Source: an uncultured Thermoplasmatales archaeon (GTDB taxonomy: Archaea > Thermoplasmatota > Penumbrarchaeia > Penumbrarchaeales > Penumbrarchaeaceae). Taken from it: DNA of 64,000 nucleotides. Shown here in pieces: positions 62,403-64,000 of the stretch (positions are counted from its first letter, which is position 1; every line of letters starts with the position of its first letter). Below the pieces are notes generated by a model. It was not told where the DNA came from. It saw only the letters and a list, made by a program, of their open reading frames with translations, and made no database searches. Location: NCBI GenBank assembly GCA_964563055.1, contig CAZLVP010000003.1, positions 48,646 to 112,645 of the forward strand. The letters run 5' to 3'. The position numbers were made by a program, and so were the translations under genes.

Positions 62403-62500
62403 AAAAAAACCTATTGTCCAGATGGTACTGTATTTATAGTTGCATCGCTTTTGAAGTCTCCCGCAGGTTCAGTCATGGGGTATGCCAGGAGGCTCTCCGA

Positions 62501-64000
62501 ATGAGGATCACCAGATGGTCGGCCCTAATATTGGTAATGCTTTTAGTTGTACCTATACTGCCCCATGTGTCTGTGCTGGTCTCGGCAGGGAGGCCTATTT
62601 TCGCATCGAACGTTCTTGCCGTTGGGGACCAGAGGAACTACAATCAGGTCCCCCGGGACCTGGCCGTCGATGGGAACGGACGGATCTACATGTCCTACCA
62701 GACCTATCTTGGCGATATAATATCCACCATCTGGCTGGTGCACTCGGACGACGGTGGCGTCACCTGGTCGAGATCGTTCAGGATCGATGACGTCCTTCGC
62801 GACGGGAACACATCCAATGATGACTCCAAACAGAGCTTTCCCCGCCTTGCCGTGGCGTCCAACAATACACTGTATGCTGTTTGGGCAGACTGGAGGGACA
62901 AGACCTTCACCCAGCAGATAAGGATAGCTTGGTCCACCGATGGGGAGAACTTCTCAAGGAGCATAAGGATAGACGGTGTGAAGGATGAGCCAATAATGCA
63001 TGGATCCAGGCCGGATATAGCCATTAACGACGCAGGTAGGATATTCGTCACATGGTTGGATAGGAACGTCTCCGGCTCCTACTGGAACATCTGGTCGGCG
63101 TATTCAGATAACGGCGGTGTGACCTGGTCCACAATGAAGCGGATCAATACGGACAGCCCCCATGTCAGGCAGCATGAATGGGTCGGGTGCGCAATGCAAG
63201 GCAACGATGTCTATGTGACCTGGCACGATAACAGGGAGGACAGCCAGTACAGGCCTTACATTGCCATTTCACATGATGGTGGGGCTACTTTCCTACCGGA
63301 GAAGGCCGTATCGGACGACCTTGAACAAACGAACTCCAGGCAGTGGCCCTCACCTGCGGTCGATGATGTTGGGAACCTGTATATCACCTGGAGGGACAAA
63401 AGGACAGGTTCCGATGAGATATGGTTCGCAAAGAGCACGGACAAGGGGGCGACCATCTCCCAGAACAAGAGGTTGACCGTGGCCCCGGAGAACGTCGATG
63501 ACTGGTATCCTGTGACTGCCGCAAGGGGGAACGGGGTAGTATCGGTGGCATGGCAGAGGAGGGTCCCCTCAGTTGAGACCAAGGACGAGGGCGAGATATT
63601 CTTCCTAAATTCTTCGAACGGAGGATCATCATGGGCCGAGATACTTAGGGTCGATGACACTGATAGGTACTGGAACGACATCTCGGTCCAGGAGCTACCT
63701 GTCATTGCCTATGATCTTGCCGGAAGGGCCATCTGTGCCTGGTCGGACGGTAGGGAGGAATATACCTACAGCAAGGACGCTTATTTTTCAAGGCACAGCG
63801 GGGACCTGACGGGTCCCAACCACCGCCCCATGTTCATGGATATGGGCTTCGTGGGCAATTTCACCTTCAACAGGAACATAGGGTCGACAAGCTCCCCGTT
63901 CCTGTTCTACTGCAACTATTCGGACGAGGATAATGACGTCCCGGTCACGGGCTATCCCCGCCTCCACATCTTCAATGATAGTGCGGGAACGGACCCGGTC
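62501..64000 (+). CDS. BNR/Asp-box repeat (sialidase-like beta-propeller) secreted protein, 3'-partial (it runs off the window).
   Basis: Manual translation from ATG 62501 stays open to the window end. The signal is MRITRWSALILVMLLVVPILP. Asp-box repeats include HSDDGGVTWS, WSTDGENFS, YSDNGGVTWS, SHDGGATF, STDKGATIS and SSNGGSSWA. It is absent from the ORF track because it has no in-window stop. Confidence 0.65.
   Translation, partial: MRITRWSALILVMLLVVPILPHVSVLVSAGRPIFASNVLAVGDQRNYNQVPRDLAVDGNGRIYMSYQTYLGDIISTIWLVHSDDGGVTWSRSFRIDDVLRDGNTSNDDSKQSFPRLAVASNNTLYAVWADWRDKTFTQQIRIAWSTDGENFSRSIRIDGVKDEPIMHGSRPDIAINDAGRIFVTWLDRNVSGSYWNIWSAYSDNGGVTWSTMKRINTDSPHVRQHEWVGCAMQGNDVYVTWHDNREDSQYRPYIAISHDGGATFLPEKAVSDDLEQTNSRQWPSPAVDDVGNLYITWRDKRTGSDEIWFAKSTDKGATISQNKRLTVAPENVDDWYPVTAARGNGVVSVAWQRRVPSVETKDEGEIFFLNSSNGGSSWAEILRVDDTDRYWNDISVQELPVIAYDLAGRAICAWSDGREEYTYSKDAYFSRHSGDLTGPNHRPMFMDMGFVGNFTFNRNIGSTSSPFLFYCNYSDEDNDVPVTGYPRLHIFNDSAGTDPV

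Noticed and set aside
62482-62790. The track's + ORF of 102 aa.
   Set aside because: It is out of frame with the long BNR-repeat reading frame starting at ATG 62501, which stays open to the window end.
1-64000. CRISPR array, rRNA genes, insertion sequences, transposases and integrases.
   Set aside because: I saw no regularly spaced direct repeats, no rRNA-like conserved stretches, and no DDE/tyrosine-recombinase motifs (for example R..H..R...Y tetrads) in any frame I read. The only repeat structures are the 12-mer tandem at 59698-59722 and palindromic terminators.

Overview
The window looks like a densely coded segment of an archaeal chromosome, roughly mid-to-high 50s % GC, with frequent AGG/AGA Arg and ATA Ile codons, archaeal-type GAPDH, Nep1, a FlaI-type ATPase and SepRS. 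My best guess for lineage is a Thermoplasmata-like euryarchaeon, but that is inference. Several ORF-track starts are TTG/GTG (checked at 417, 5508 and 17302), so I moved some starts to internal ATGs that sit just before signal peptides or conserved N-termini.

Main content, in order:
- Surface proteins: at least six large secreted proteins with an N-terminal signal and a C-terminal single TM anchor. They include an S8 subtilisin, beta-helix/cadherin-like adhesins and a BNR-repeat protein. Three of them end in an identical [W/F]-E-E C-terminal motif.
- Glycan cluster (12.7-18.8 kb): two GT4 glycosyltransferases, a DegT aminotransferase, an LbH acetyltransferase with a fused zinc ribbon, a Gfo/Idh/MocA dehydrogenase and a HAD phosphatase. 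This is consistent with a WbpB/E/D-like diacetamido-sugar pathway.
- Housekeeping genes: hutH, birA, archaeal gap, sepS (SepRS), bacterial-type recJ, nep1, an SPFH protein and a gamma carbonic anhydrase.
- A tight operon of a KaiC-like ATPase, FtsX, a MacB-like ABC ATPase and a second FtsX, running straight on into translin-like, SepRS and RecJ.
- A tRNA-Arg(CCT) with an adjacent inverted tRNA 3'-fragment and an AT-rich patch. Next to it are an ATP-grasp-GNAT fusion, a DEDD-like protein with a degenerate motif, zinc-ribbon paralogs, and a TPR/zinc-ribbon protein that shares a short 'WEDGRI' repeat module with a wHTH protein.
- An archaeal type IV pilus/Tad-like module: a FlaI-like ATPase plus two platform proteins.
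- A CPBP intramembrane protease with a very large ectodomain, divergent from a 1724-aa (bacterial-length) Lhr helicase.
- A TSP3-repeat, Trp-rich secreted protein followed by a strong palindromic terminator.

I saw no CRISPR array, rRNA, transposase or integrase. All family calls rest on motifs I could read by eye; none has been checked against a database.
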